In this document: positions 20,891 to 30,377 of the stretch, one piece after another
Position numbering within the stretch: position 1 is the stretch's first letter
How the letters are laid out: every line of letters starts with the position of its first letter
NCBI GenBank assembly: GCA_964447765.1
Contig: CAYUTO010000001.1
Coordinates: 121,125 to 185,124, forward strand
DNA from: an uncultured Gammaproteobacteria bacterium
GTDB taxonomy: Bacteria; Patescibacteriota; Patescibacteriia; Magasanikbacterales; UBA922
Length of the DNA: 64,000 nucleotides
Direction: 5' to 3'
The notes under the pieces: model-generated
What the model was told of the DNA's origin: nothing
Database searches by the model: none
The model's input: the letters and a program-made list of their open reading frames with translations, nothing else
Made by a program: the position numbers and the translations under genes

Positions 20891-21674
20891 ACATATATTC
20901 TCTTATAGCTTGACTAAATTGCCGTCTGCAGATAAATAACAATACTATGCCGAGCATAAACGGCACATATAATTCTAAAAATAACGCTAGGGATAACCAA
21001 AGAATACATGAAAAATATAAACTAATAGCAAGGCTTACTGGAGGCACCACACCATTGGCAATTTTTTTGACATACATATAAAAAATACATGACCCGACCA
21101 AACTGGAAACTATCCAACCAGCATAGTTTACCACCGGAACGCCATAATACATGCCTGGCTCTACCCACTTCCACAACCCCAATGTCACGGCTACCGGATC
21201 TACCAATAAATCTATCGATACCATAACTAGCGCAGTCAAAACTAATTTAAACAACCATCGTATACGAAATCCGCTCACAATCCCGACACTACCCAGCAAA
21301 ATAGGCACCCACACAAATGGCGTACTTAGCGGGACGGTACTACCAACCATAATACCTGTCTTCGCATTATATACAAAATGTCCATACGGAATACCAAACT
21401 GTATCGCCAAAGCTTCAATAACTATTGCAAGGATACCTAAAATAAACAGTATCAATAGACCTTTTGTCCAGCCTAACCACTTAACTGTTACAAAGGCTGT
21501 TGGGAGAAATAATACCAACGTAAATAACGTTGAAACTATGGCCATACTGTCATCAAACGGGACACGGGCAGTAAAAAAAGCTATCGTAACTAGTACGATA
21601 TGGACCAAGATAATGGTGAAGTGTTTGAGGGTAATATGATTACAAATTAACGTTTCAAGCCTAGGGTCGGGCAT
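20883..21674 (-). CDS. Carotenoid-biosynthesis membrane protein (CruF-like hydratase / PF04240-like)
   Basis: 7-8 TM helices. IEALAIQFGIPYGHFVYN resembles the E..G..G.P.G.Y.Y motif of carotenoid 1,2-hydratase-like proteins. First gene of the crt operon. Confidence 0.45.
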   Translation of the reverse strand: MPDPRLETLICNHITLKHFTIILVHIVLVTIAFFTARVPFDDSMAIVSTLFTLVLFLPTAFVTVKWLGWTKGLLILFILGILAIVIEALAIQFGIPYGHFVYNAKTGIMVGSTVPLSTPFVWVPILLGSVGIVSGFRIRWLFKLVLTALVMVSIDLLVDPVAVTLGLWKWVEPGMYYGVPVVNYAGWIVSSLVGSCIFYMYVKKIANGVVPPVSLAISLYFSCILWLSLALFLELYVPFMLGIVLLFICRRQFSQAIREYMYA

Positions 21675-21816
21675 CTAGTAAAGATAGTCTGGTACGGTGA
21701 GTATTCTCATAAACAAAAACAACTGAAAACTTATAGTAAGTGTACTGCTTTATAGCCCAAGTGTCTATATCGTATTTGAGCTTTAAAAAATAACAAATTC
21801 GATAGCTGCTAATCAC

Positions 21817-21844
21817 AAAAAACCGCTTGGTTAGCGGTTTTTTG
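21817..21844. terminator. Bidirectional rho-independent terminator
   Basis: aaaaaaccgcttggttagcggtttttt. Confidence 0.6.
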
Positions 21845-21850
21845 ATATAT

Positions 21851-21895
21851 GCTCACACACTGGGACGAGTTTCAAACTGTTTTGACTAACTCTAC
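21851..21895. repeat. Conserved ~45-nt 3'-UTR motif, copy 1 (gctcacacACTGGGACGAGTTTCaAACTGTTTTgaCTAAcTCTAC)
   Basis: Near-identical to 29608..29652. Lies between the stop of gene 21960..25016 and its terminator. Confidence 0.6.
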
Positions 21896-21959
21896 TCCAT
21901 TGCTTGGTAATATTTTTCTTGGCTCTGACACGTGGGCAACTCCTGAACCTTAGCAAATG

Positions 21960-24900
21960 CTATCTTTGCAATTCTTGTCGAGTCAGTGGTCCTACATACC
22001 CACTCGCTGGAGAAATTCCTTTCGCAATCTGAAACGCAATCACTGCTTGACGAGTCAATGCTCCAAAATAGGTAGTCTCATTTCCGAGAGATCCATATCC
22101 ACTCGCAACAATAGGAAATCCGTTTGTGTTGAGATAGACTTGTAGCCCTTTGACATCTTCCCCACTCATGCCAAATTCCAAGTCACGCTTCAATAACGTA
22201 GATGTCGGTGACACGCTTGTTGTACCAGAAATACAGCCGAGATATTTTCTTATGGAAACATCAAATAATCCTGTTGCAGCAAATGAGTGTTTGTTTTGAA
22301 ATACCTTCAACGCTTGCTCAGTCAATGACCCAAAATATGCAGTTTCTTGCCCAGGAGATCCGGGACCTACGATCGCTACAGGCGTACCTATATTATTCAA
22401 ATATTGTTGTAACGCCATAGCCGATGGACCATAATATCCTTTTTTCATATCTACCACAAACAGTGGAGACGGACAGTTTTTTGTTTCTTTTTCATTAAGA
22501 GGAACAACTGGTGACGGATTGGACATTTTTTCCTCTTCGTCACTTTGTGTTGCTCGCAACGTTAATTCCACGCGATTATTCCACAACGCAGTAAAAGTAA
22601 CTGATAGATCAGAGACACCATCACTATCGAGATCCATATCTGCCAACGCACCAACCTTCAATACAATTGTACGCGGAGTAGAAGCAACCTGGATTGTCAC
22701 TTCTTTTTGTTCCGACAAATCAAGGTCTGTAATGGTGAGACGATGTTCTCCCAATTTCCCACTTGAACTTTCAACGAGTGAAAATAGCGCAGTAGACTGA
22801 ATATATACAAGTAGATTAACACCTTCACCAGAAATTTCACCAATATGTTTTGTTGCGTACATATCGACAGATTGATCCGATGCACCACTTCCCTCACCAC
22901 CCGGCACAATAAATGTACCTCCTCCACGAGTTGTTGGCGCAGTAGTATCAACAACGACACTGGTCGTTGCCGCACTTGAAATGTTTCCGGTATTATCCAA
23001 TGCAAAAACACTATAATAATATCTACCATCGTCAAGTGATGTCTGAGTAATACCAGTCGTAGTGGTGGCGCTTGTGACCGCAGTCCCACTACTCACTGTT
23101 GCTGGGTATGACGAAGTACTTCTTCGCACGGTAATTGATACAAAGTCACTTGCCGTTGGATTGGTCCAGGAGAGCGTAATATTAGATTCTGCGACAGATC
23201 CTGTAAGTGAGGAAACAGCACTTGGTGCATTGGTATCTGATTGTTCCCATGCCAAAAAAGCATAGCCGGAATTGATTGCCGGATCCATTTCCCACGTACT
23301 TGACGTTCCTCCATCGTCGTATGGTGTGCCCACAAAATCCCATACGGTATCGAGACCACTGGTATCTGTGTCTGTAAACGTTGCCAACACTTTCATTTGT
23401 GCCGTTGTTTTTCCAGTACCTTTGCCGGTATCGCTCTGACCCGAAGTTGTACTATCGTAAAACGAACTATCAACTATTCCTTCTCTATATTCTTCAATCT
23501 CTTCATCATACACTTGGTTCCGACCAACCAATCCACCAACATTGGTTGAACCAGATATTGCACCGGTTGCATACGAATACCGAATCGTACCACCATTGTA
23601 ATTATCCCCCACTAGTCCTCCTACTCGATCGCCTCCGGTTACATCCATGGATGAATAACAGTTGATTACGGTCCCATTGTTGTTTCCGGTAATTCCTGCA
23701 AGATAATAACTTAATCCTACCCCCGTGATCGTACCCTGTGAACTAGCTCGAGTTATTGTTCCTATGTTACTCCCTGCAATACCTCCTATAGCGGCATCTC
23801 CCACCAGTTCTCCTGAAAATGACACATTGCTCATCATACCATTGCTGTGTCCGGCAATTCCTCCGACAATAAAATCTCCGGTAAAATCTGCCTCTGTCAC
23901 GCGCACATTGCTTATTGAGCCACTATCGTCAACATATCCAAAAAGGGAAACATGCTCTTCAGCAGGTCTATCGATATAGAGCCCGGATATCGTATATCCA
24001 TTCCCGTCGAGACTACCGGTAAATGTGTTAGCATTATCACCGATAGGATCAAATCCTGCTCCACCATTCCATCCGGTCGTACCAGACGCATCAATATTAT
24101 TTGAAATTGTATAGTTATCAGTTCTATCTACTGCGATCAATTGCAATTCTGCCAACGTAGTAATAGCTGACCGATGCTCCATTTGCAAATGCGGATACCC
24201 TGCCATAATCCAATCGCCAATTGTGCCATCCCCCGCAACCGTAAAATCCCAGTCCGAGAATGTACTTTGCGTCATCATTTGTGCCGTTGTTTTTGAATTA
24301 CTAAACGACTCTGCACTTGCTGTACTTCGTGTGGCGTCAAAATATGCACCAGTGACGTTGGGCGTGACTCCGCCATCAACACTTCCAATGATTCCATTTG
24401 TATCTGACCCTGAAATGATGCCCGATGCATACACATTTTCAATCGTGCCGGTAGAAAAACGACCAATGATTCCACCCAGATACCCCCCACCTACCAAGTT
24501 AACATTTGAATAGGAGCTCGTAACAATAGCTGTGGCTTCTGGCGTATACCCTGCAAGCCCTCCACAATAGGCGCCCGGCGTACAATCAAGCGACCCGCTT
24601 GCGTAGACGTGCGTAAGCGTTCCTTCAAGATAAGAGGCAAACGCTCCGGAATATGTCGATGCATCATAATCAATATCAACCAGACCAAGGTTTTTTACTA
24701 CACCACCCGCAGCAATACGTAAAAATAAACCCGCATAGGTTGTACTTACATGGATATTGCTCACCTCATATCCCTGTCCATCAAGTGTCCCTGTGAACGG
24801 CGAACCATAACTCCCAATCTGGGTAAAAGTCGGTACTCCCGAACAATCAATATCATTGATAAGCACATAATCTTCGGTCAAATCATCAGCAATATCTTCT

Positions 24901-25016
24901 AGCCCACTACACGTACTGATATTGGTAAGCGCAAACGCCGTACGTGGCACGAAGAACGCAATTGCCATAACAACAACTGCAAGGTACACATATACACGAG
25001 GAAAAATCATACACAA
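21960..25016 (-). CDS. Large secreted surface protein with GLUG-like repeats and two C-terminal peptidoglycan-binding domains
   Basis: Signal peptide. Repeated F.GTLDGQGY.ISNL / GGLVG / GGIAG units. Two PG_binding_1-like segments at the C-terminus. Confidence 0.6.
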   Translation of the reverse strand: MCMIFPRVYVYLAVVVMAIAFFVPRTAFALTNISTCSGLEDIADDLTEDYVLINDIDCSGVPTFTQIGSYGSPFTGTLDGQGYEVSNIHVSTTYAGLFLRIAAGGVVKNLGLVDIDYDASTYSGAFASYLEGTLTHVYASGSLDCTPGAYCGGLAGYTPEATAIVTSSYSNVNLVGGGYLGGIIGRFSTGTIENVYASGIISGSDTNGIIGSVDGGVTPNVTGAYFDATRSTASAESFSNSKTTAQMMTQSTFSDWDFTVAGDGTIGDWIMAGYPHLQMEHRSAITTLAELQLIAVDRTDNYTISNNIDASGTTGWNGGAGFDPIGDNANTFTGSLDGNGYTISGLYIDRPAEEHVSLFGYVDDSGSISNVRVTEADFTGDFIVGGIAGHSNGMMSNVSFSGELVGDAAIGGIAGSNIGTITRASSQGTITGVGLSYYLAGITGNNNGTVINCYSSMDVTGGDRVGGLVGDNYNGGTIRYSYATGAISGSTNVGGLVGRNQVYDEEIEEYREGIVDSSFYDSTTSGQSDTGKGTGKTTAQMKVLATFTDTDTSGLDTVWDFVGTPYDDGGTSSTWEMDPAINSGYAFLAWEQSDTNAPSAVSSLTGSVAESNITLSWTNPTASDFVSITVRRSTSSYPATVSSGTAVTSATTTTGITQTSLDDGRYYYSVFALDNTGNISSAATTSVVVDTTAPTTRGGGTFIVPGGEGSGASDQSVDMYATKHIGEISGEGVNLLVYIQSTALFSLVESSSGKLGEHRLTITDLDLSEQKEVTIQVASTPRTIVLKVGALADMDLDSDGVSDLSVTFTALWNNRVELTLRATQSDEEEKMSNPSPVVPLNEKETKNCPSPLFVVDMKKGYYGPSAMALQQYLNNIGTPVAIVGPGSPGQETAYFGSLTEQALKVFQNKHSFAATGLFDVSIRKYLGCISGTTSVSPTSTLLKRDLEFGMSGEDVKGLQVYLNTNGFPIVASGYGSLGNETTYFGALTRQAVIAFQIAKGISPASGYVGPLTRQELQR

Positions 25017-25084
25017 ATTATAGTTATATATTGATCCCCATTATACCAAAGAAGTAGGTTTGTAACCAACTCAGTTATCTATTT

Positions 25085-25116
25085 AAAAAATATCGTTACA
25101 TCAAACGATATTTTTT
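25085..25116. terminator. Bidirectional rho-independent terminator
   Basis: aaaaaatatcgtt...aacgatatttttt. Confidence 0.55.
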
Positions 25117-25147
25117 CCTCATACACTTGGACAGCTTCCGAACCTGA

Positions 25148-25543
25148 CTATGAAATTAGTATAATCCACTCAGGAGTGCCTGGTAATTTCTTTCTATATC
25201 CTGCACGTATTGGTAATTCTAGATAATTAATCCACGAATCCATCCAACCCTTCTTGGTCTTGAGCAGAAAATGTCCTGCGGGAAACTGTGCTGAATATCC
25301 CACAAATACTATTGTTCCTGTTTTGAAATATTTCTTTCCATACCTTCTCATACTCAGCACCGTTGTATTGACCCCCAGTTTATCAAGCGCTTTTACAATA
25401 TCTCTATTATAGAAACCACCACTTTTTTCTTTTTGCTTTGCATTATCAAAATAACGCTTCATCGTTTTGTACGACAAACCCACACGTGACGCTGTACAGG
25501 CAATCGCGCAACCTAATAGTGCTTCTTGTGGAATTTTTTTCAT
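25148..25543 (-). CDS. Small C39-like (papain-fold) cysteine peptidase domain protein
   Basis: Q...LGCAIACTAS (Gln/Cys) and GHFLL (His) spacing resembles the peptidase C39 catalytic arrangement. Confidence 0.35.
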   Translation of the reverse strand: MKKIPQEALLGCAIACTASRVGLSYKTMKRYFDNAKQKEKSGGFYNRDIVKALDKLGVNTTVLSMRRYGKKYFKTGTIVFVGYSAQFPAGHFLLKTKKGWMDSWINYLELPIRAGYRKKLPGTPEWIILIS

Positions 25544-25873
25544 ATAGCACTATCATAGTTTTTATAATTTTAATGTCAAGAAAAAACAAGCTTTAATAGC
25601 TTGTTTTTTGCTCGCGAGGAGTTCCTTAGTTGGAACACTATAGAGCAAACTGCTAGAAAGTGGATTACCACCTTCAGAAGATATGATTAGGGAATTGCTG
25701 TGGCCTATTCTAGCTGAAATTCTTCGTGTTCACAATACCTCATAGAGACTGGAACACTGCAAATCCTAACACCCATTTTGTTCTAGTGGTCTTTTTTACG
25801 CTCAACTCTGCATAATTTGACACTATTTTTTATTACTGGTAAAATTTTACCAGTAATTTATTACCTACAAAAT

Positions 25874-28800
25874 ATGTCTACCATCGGCTCTCGTATTACC
25901 TCCATTAGAAAAGCGAAGAAAATCACGCAGGAAAAACTGGCAAAATCTGCTGGGGTTGATTATAACACGCTCAGAAAAGTTGAAACAGGAAAAACTAAAA
26001 ATCCTGGTTCAGAATTTATTGAAAAAATTTCTCTTGCCCTGAGTGTGACGACAGATCAGCTAATAGAGCAACCAAAGCCGGAGGTCAAAGGCGGTGACAT
26101 GCTCCCCTTTATGCAATTACCCCACGGTAATTTTGAGAAAATGATACTGACAATCCTTCAGTCTGATAATGGTAGGTATACAGATATAGAGCCGTTTGGA
26201 GGTAGGGGTGATAAAAATAGAGACATACTTGCAGTTGAAATTATCGGACAAAAACCCGCCGCCAGTAAGACTTTATTTCAAGCGAAGCGTCATGAAAAGA
26301 CAACATACACGACTCTTGAAGACGAATTGATTGGTATAAAGACTCACTTTTTTGATCAACCAAATCCTGCAACTCCAATAGAAAAAATTGTTTTTTGTTT
26401 GGCTGATACACCCTCCCCCACCATAAAAGATAAACTAAAACTCTTTGCTCGAGAAAATAATTTGCCCGAGCCAATCTTTTGGGATGCCCGAACAATCGAT
26501 GTCATGTGTAAAAGAAGCAATCAAATTATCAATGAGTTTTTTGGCGGTCATATTGTGGAGGCAATAGAAGGTGTATCACAAGTTATGACAGAAGTCTTAA
26601 ATATAAAAGAAATGGTCCAAAAAAATACTTCCTCTACCAAACCAGATTCTACACTAACATCAGTAAGTTCTAAAGGCGACGCTCAAATGCAAAAAGCTCG
26701 AAGGCTTATTGGTGAAAAAAAGTATTCTGAAGCAAAGGATATACTTTTGACCATTAAAGAAACAGTTGAAAATTCGAGCGACCATGAACGACTAAAAAAA
26801 CTCTACAACAATCTCGGCCTATGTCTCTCCAAAGAAAACAACTCAGAAAGCCTAAAACAGAGTCTAGATTATCTGTACATGGCTATCGATCTCAAGGTTG
26901 CAAAACAAAATCTTATCGAGGTGATAATAAATAAAGAGGTCAAGGATAAGTATGACGATGCGCTCAAATATGCGCAGGAGCTTTTAGCCGAAGAACCAGA
27001 TAATTTGGACTATGCAGCGTTATACATACATGCACTAAATGCGAAGGATAAAATGCCGGATGCTAAAAAATTTATCGAAACTGACAAAAAAATAAAAAAT
27101 CGTATACAAGAAAATGAAGCTCTTTCAGTAGCTGTTTCCTTAGTCTATTTCATACTCCAAGAGGTTGAAAAAGCTAGTCTTTATGTAGACAATGCTTTGG
27201 AAATTTTTCCTGAATCATGGAGATTGAATAGATTTAAGGGTACAGCATTAATGCTTGAAGCTGAAAAAGGAATGCTCTCAAGAGATATTGACATCATGCC
27301 CTTCTTGAAAACAAATTTAGTCGAGAAGGCAGTGGAACATTTCGAAAAATCCCTGGATCTTGCAATAAATGATGGAGCACCCGAGTTTATGCACAACCAA
27401 ATTCGGTTATGTATATACAGCGCCATGATTTCTTTACGTAGAGGTCAATCGAGTAAATTCAAAGATGCTTACTTAAAAACACTCGAAAAAAGCATCGATG
27501 ATGGCCAGCTCAGTGAAACGGAGTCAAAGGCTAAAGTTGTGGCAAAAATATCTCAAATGCTTGAATGCGAAAGAAATTTTGAGACTGCTTACACTATCTT
27601 CAAAGAAGAAATTGTAGAGAAATATAATGCAACTTACAAAACTATTCTGGATATGGCGCACAAATTTTTTCAGCACGGTGCACCGGAATATTCGATTAAA
27701 TTGCTCGAACCACTACATGATGAGGCGAAGGAGAACAACGATTTTGAGTACTGGGCAGTTTTGAGCACATGCCATGCCTTACTTAATGACAAAAACTCAG
27801 CTCTACGGACAATGAACGAAGCACAAAAGCATTTTTCTTCTTTGACAGATATTGAGTTAAAAAGAAGAATACTTTCACACTACAGCGCATTAACTGCTCG
27901 CTATCACGATAACAGCGAAGCTGAGCGCATGTTCAGAAGTATGACTGAATTGCAAAATATCACACCAGAGGAAACAATTGTTCAGCCAATAGAGGCTCTG
28001 ACTTCTGACGGTCACCTTACTCAGGAAATGAAAGACTTTTTTGAGAACAATAAGAAGGATTTTATAAAGAAAAAAGAAAAGTTTGTTAATACTCCAATTC
28101 CAGTATACTTCTTGGAGAGAATTTTCAGTAGAAATTTCCCTGAAGCCCTAGAAATTCCACGGAATAACTATGATTTTGAATTTGTAATACATTACAATGC
28201 CCTAGATAAGGAATTTTTACATAGGCAGGTTGAAATTCTTGAAAAGAATGACACATTTGTCATTGATTATAGTGCCCTGCTAAATTTTTCTCGCACTGGG
28301 CAATTGGGATTATTTAGTGCACTTGGCAAAAAGGTATTAGCCTCTGAATATCTATTATTCCAAGTACAACAAGATCTAATGGTTTCCGAAAATCACACAT
28401 TACGGAACGCATGGAATTTTCTCCGCGGAGGAAATGTACAACTTTTTCCCTACATTGAGATTGAGAAAGGCGCTTTGCCCAAACTGATTAAAGACTTTTT
28501 CAGCGAATGGATGCCTTGGTTTGCACAAGAAATAGTATACTGTTTAAAAAATAAGACCCCTCTTATAACCGACGATCTACGCATGCTCAGTTACTTGAAC
28601 TCAGAAGAAGTTGGACTAGCTTCCATAAATAGCTTTATTTTTTTTCAAACAGGACTCATAACCGGCGCTCTTGATAAAAAACAGTATAGCCTTGTATTAG
28701 GTGATCTTGCAGACATGTTCTATCATTTTATTGCATTCAATGGAGAAGATTTGTTACATATTGTCGCAGACGATACTAACAAAATTAGAAATGGCAGTAC

Positions 28801-29209
28801 CCAAGATTGGATGAGTTTTAAAGAGCATGGTGAAAACTTCAAGGTCTCTAGAAGGGCTTACCATTTATTGAATCAAGTTCACTTACCTGGATCAGAGGTA
28901 ACAAGCTTTTTAGCAGTGTCCTTAGATTTTCTTGAGCGCCTGATTAAGCTCAGCTTTACTGAAGATGAAAAAATGGACTGGGTTCTATTTATGACAAATT
29001 TTTATGGAGGTTTTCTTTCTGAAGAAAATTTTAATACCCAACGAGAGCAGTTCACTGTTCACTTAGAGTTCGTTATTAGAGCGTGGGTTCTGATCTTTCA
29101 ATCTTTACCCAAGAATAGACCTGACATCTTAAAAAAGGCAGGTAAAATCAAGTACGAACATCTACGTTTAGCCATTGAAAATTCTTTAAGAAAAGGAATG
29201 GAACTATAA
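25874..29209 (+). CDS. Multidomain protein: XRE-type HTH, Mrr-like PD-(D/E)xK nuclease domain, TPR-like repeats and a ~450-aa unknown C-terminal domain
   Basis: HTH: ITQEKLAKSAGVDYNTLRKVETGK. Mrr_cat-like: FGGRGDKNRDILAVE...FQAKRH (D-E-K). The track start at 25817 is a TTG; the ATG at 25874 is preferred. Confidence 0.6.
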   Translation: MSTIGSRITSIRKAKKITQEKLAKSAGVDYNTLRKVETGKTKNPGSEFIEKISLALSVTTDQLIEQPKPEVKGGDMLPFMQLPHGNFEKMILTILQSDNGRYTDIEPFGGRGDKNRDILAVEIIGQKPAASKTLFQAKRHEKTTYTTLEDELIGIKTHFFDQPNPATPIEKIVFCLADTPSPTIKDKLKLFARENNLPEPIFWDARTIDVMCKRSNQIINEFFGGHIVEAIEGVSQVMTEVLNIKEMVQKNTSSTKPDSTLTSVSSKGDAQMQKARRLIGEKKYSEAKDILLTIKETVENSSDHERLKKLYNNLGLCLSKENNSESLKQSLDYLYMAIDLKVAKQNLIEVIINKEVKDKYDDALKYAQELLAEEPDNLDYAALYIHALNAKDKMPDAKKFIETDKKIKNRIQENEALSVAVSLVYFILQEVEKASLYVDNALEIFPESWRLNRFKGTALMLEAEKGMLSRDIDIMPFLKTNLVEKAVEHFEKSLDLAINDGAPEFMHNQIRLCIYSAMISLRRGQSSKFKDAYLKTLEKSIDDGQLSETESKAKVVAKISQMLECERNFETAYTIFKEEIVEKYNATYKTILDMAHKFFQHGAPEYSIKLLEPLHDEAKENNDFEYWAVLSTCHALLNDKNSALRTMNEAQKHFSSLTDIELKRRILSHYSALTARYHDNSEAERMFRSMTELQNITPEETIVQPIEALTSDGHLTQEMKDFFENNKKDFIKKKEKFVNTPIPVYFLERIFSRNFPEALEIPRNNYDFEFVIHYNALDKEFLHRQVEILEKNDTFVIDYSALLNFSRTGQLGLFSALGKKVLASEYLLFQVQQDLMVSENHTLRNAWNFLRGGNVQLFPYIEIEKGALPKLIKDFFSEWMPWFAQEIVYCLKNKTPLITDDLRMLSYLNSEEVGLASINSFIFFQTGLITGALDKKQYSLVLGDLADMFYHFIAFNGEDLLHIVADDTNKIRNGSTQDWMSFKEHGENFKVSRRAYHLLNQVHLPGSEVTSFLAVSLDFLERLIKLSFTEDEKMDWVLFMTNFYGGFLSEENFNTQREQFTVHLEFVIRAWVLIFQSLPKNRPDILKKAGKIKYEHLRLAIENSLRKGMEL

Positions 29210-29262
29210 TTCACTAATTTGATTTTTTAACTGATAAATTGTATAGTGTGTGAACAATTAAT

Positions 29263-29553
29263 ATGATCACAAAAAAGCAAAAACTCGAATGGGTAATTAT
29301 AGTGTTATTAACTTTTATCTGTATCGGATGTCTATTCCTTGTTAATAATAGTAAAGGAATGATACAAATCCCTGTTTTTAAAATCATCTACGAAAGCGCG
29401 CTGATTGCTACGCAATTTGTGTATGGATTTTGTAAAATGTTTGCAATACTTATGTGGTATACAATTACTCACAGCTGGATTACCATACTAATAACTTGTG
29501 CATTAATCGCGCTGTTTATCACTAATATTTTTTACCGTCGCACCAAAGATTAA
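29263..29553 (+). CDS. Small membrane protein, hypothetical
   Basis: 96-aa ORF with three hydrophobic helices. Confidence 0.3.
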   Translation: MITKKQKLEWVIIVLLTFICIGCLFLVNNSKGMIQIPVFKIIYESALIATQFVYGFCKMFAILMWYTITHSWITILITCALIALFITNIFYRRTKD

Positions 29554-29572
29554 TGAGGTAGTTTGAATAATA

Positions 29573-29605
29573 AAATAATACGACCTATAGGTCGTATTAT
29601 TTTAT
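29573..29605. terminator. Bidirectional rho-independent terminator
   Basis: aaaataatacgacctataggtcgtattatttt perfect palindrome. Confidence 0.6.
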
Positions 29606-29607
29606 TA

Positions 29608-29652
29608 GCTCCCATACTGGGACGAGTTTCGAACTGTTTTAGCTAATTCTAC
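29608..29652. repeat. Conserved ~45-nt 3'-UTR motif, copy 2
   Basis: 37/41 core identity to copy 1. Lies between the stop of gene 29706..30296 and a terminator hairpin. Confidence 0.6.
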
Positions 29653-29705
29653 ACTACATGTGTTTATCTAACAAGATATTCTTGGGATAAAAAATTTGAA
29701 TTTAA

Positions 29706-30296
29706 CTATAGATATTTTTGTAATTCTACTACAAGTTTTTCCCACTTTCTAAAGTATTCCTCGAGAGTCATTTCTTTTATACCATGCATTTGGTAAAGAA
29801 CATTAGTATCATCTTGATTACTATCAACATGAAATGTGTCAGGTTTTTCAATTCCTCCCAATTCAATATAGGTAAATTGTTTCTTTTCATCTACCTTTTC
29901 AGCTACTCTTTCACCAGCTCGAGGACAAAGATCATCTAAAATAAGTCTTATCTGTTTTGGTAAAAAAATATCAGAGCGTGTGTTAATATGATTGAAAAGC
30001 CCCCAGACACTTTGATCAAAAATGACTTTCTCATGTCTAATCATTGACAACTGTTCTGTATAAAAGTTTTCTCTATTTGCTATTATGTCGTTAATGTAAA
30101 TTTGATGCCATGATTTGCCTTTAGAATGAATTAAAAATCTTATTGTTTGAGTATATTTAAGTAAATCCTTTGCAAAGTTATACCTTTCTTTTCCACGTGT
30201 TTCTTTTTTCCATGAAAACAAAGCAAATCCAGCAATGATAACCATTACAAGTTGAAGTACTATATCAGTTATTTTTAAAATAATATCAGTTTCCAT
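29706..30296 (-). CDS. Small N-terminally membrane-anchored protein; putative partner of the PHP-ABC ATPase
   Basis: Directly downstream of 30378..33167 on the same strand. N-terminal TM helix. Confidence 0.4.
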   Translation of the reverse strand: METDIILKITDIVLQLVMVIIAGFALFSWKKETRGKERYNFAKDLLKYTQTIRFLIHSKGKSWHQIYINDIIANRENFYTEQLSMIRHEKVIFDQSVWGLFNHINTRSDIFLPKQIRLILDDLCPRAGERVAEKVDEKKQFTYIELGGIEKPDTFHVDSNQDDTNVLYQMHGIKEMTLEEYFRKWEKLVVELQKYL

Positions 30297-30377
30297 TGTA
30301 TATTTAGTGAAAAATATATTTATTTGAGCGGATTTACTCGGGCGACTGGGAGACGTTAGAGCTCATTTTATCAAAAA

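Noticed and set aside
21151-21639. 162-aa plus-strand ORF
   Set aside because: Antisense shadow of the CruF-like membrane protein gene. Thr/Asn-rich translation typical of the reverse frame of a hydrophobic gene.
21859-21895. Possibility that the repeated GGGACGAGTTTCGAACTG element is a tRNA fragment or att core derived from a tRNA
   Set aside because: It cannot be folded into a T-arm/acceptor arrangement on either strand, and it shows no similarity to the 3' ends of the two tRNAs found here.
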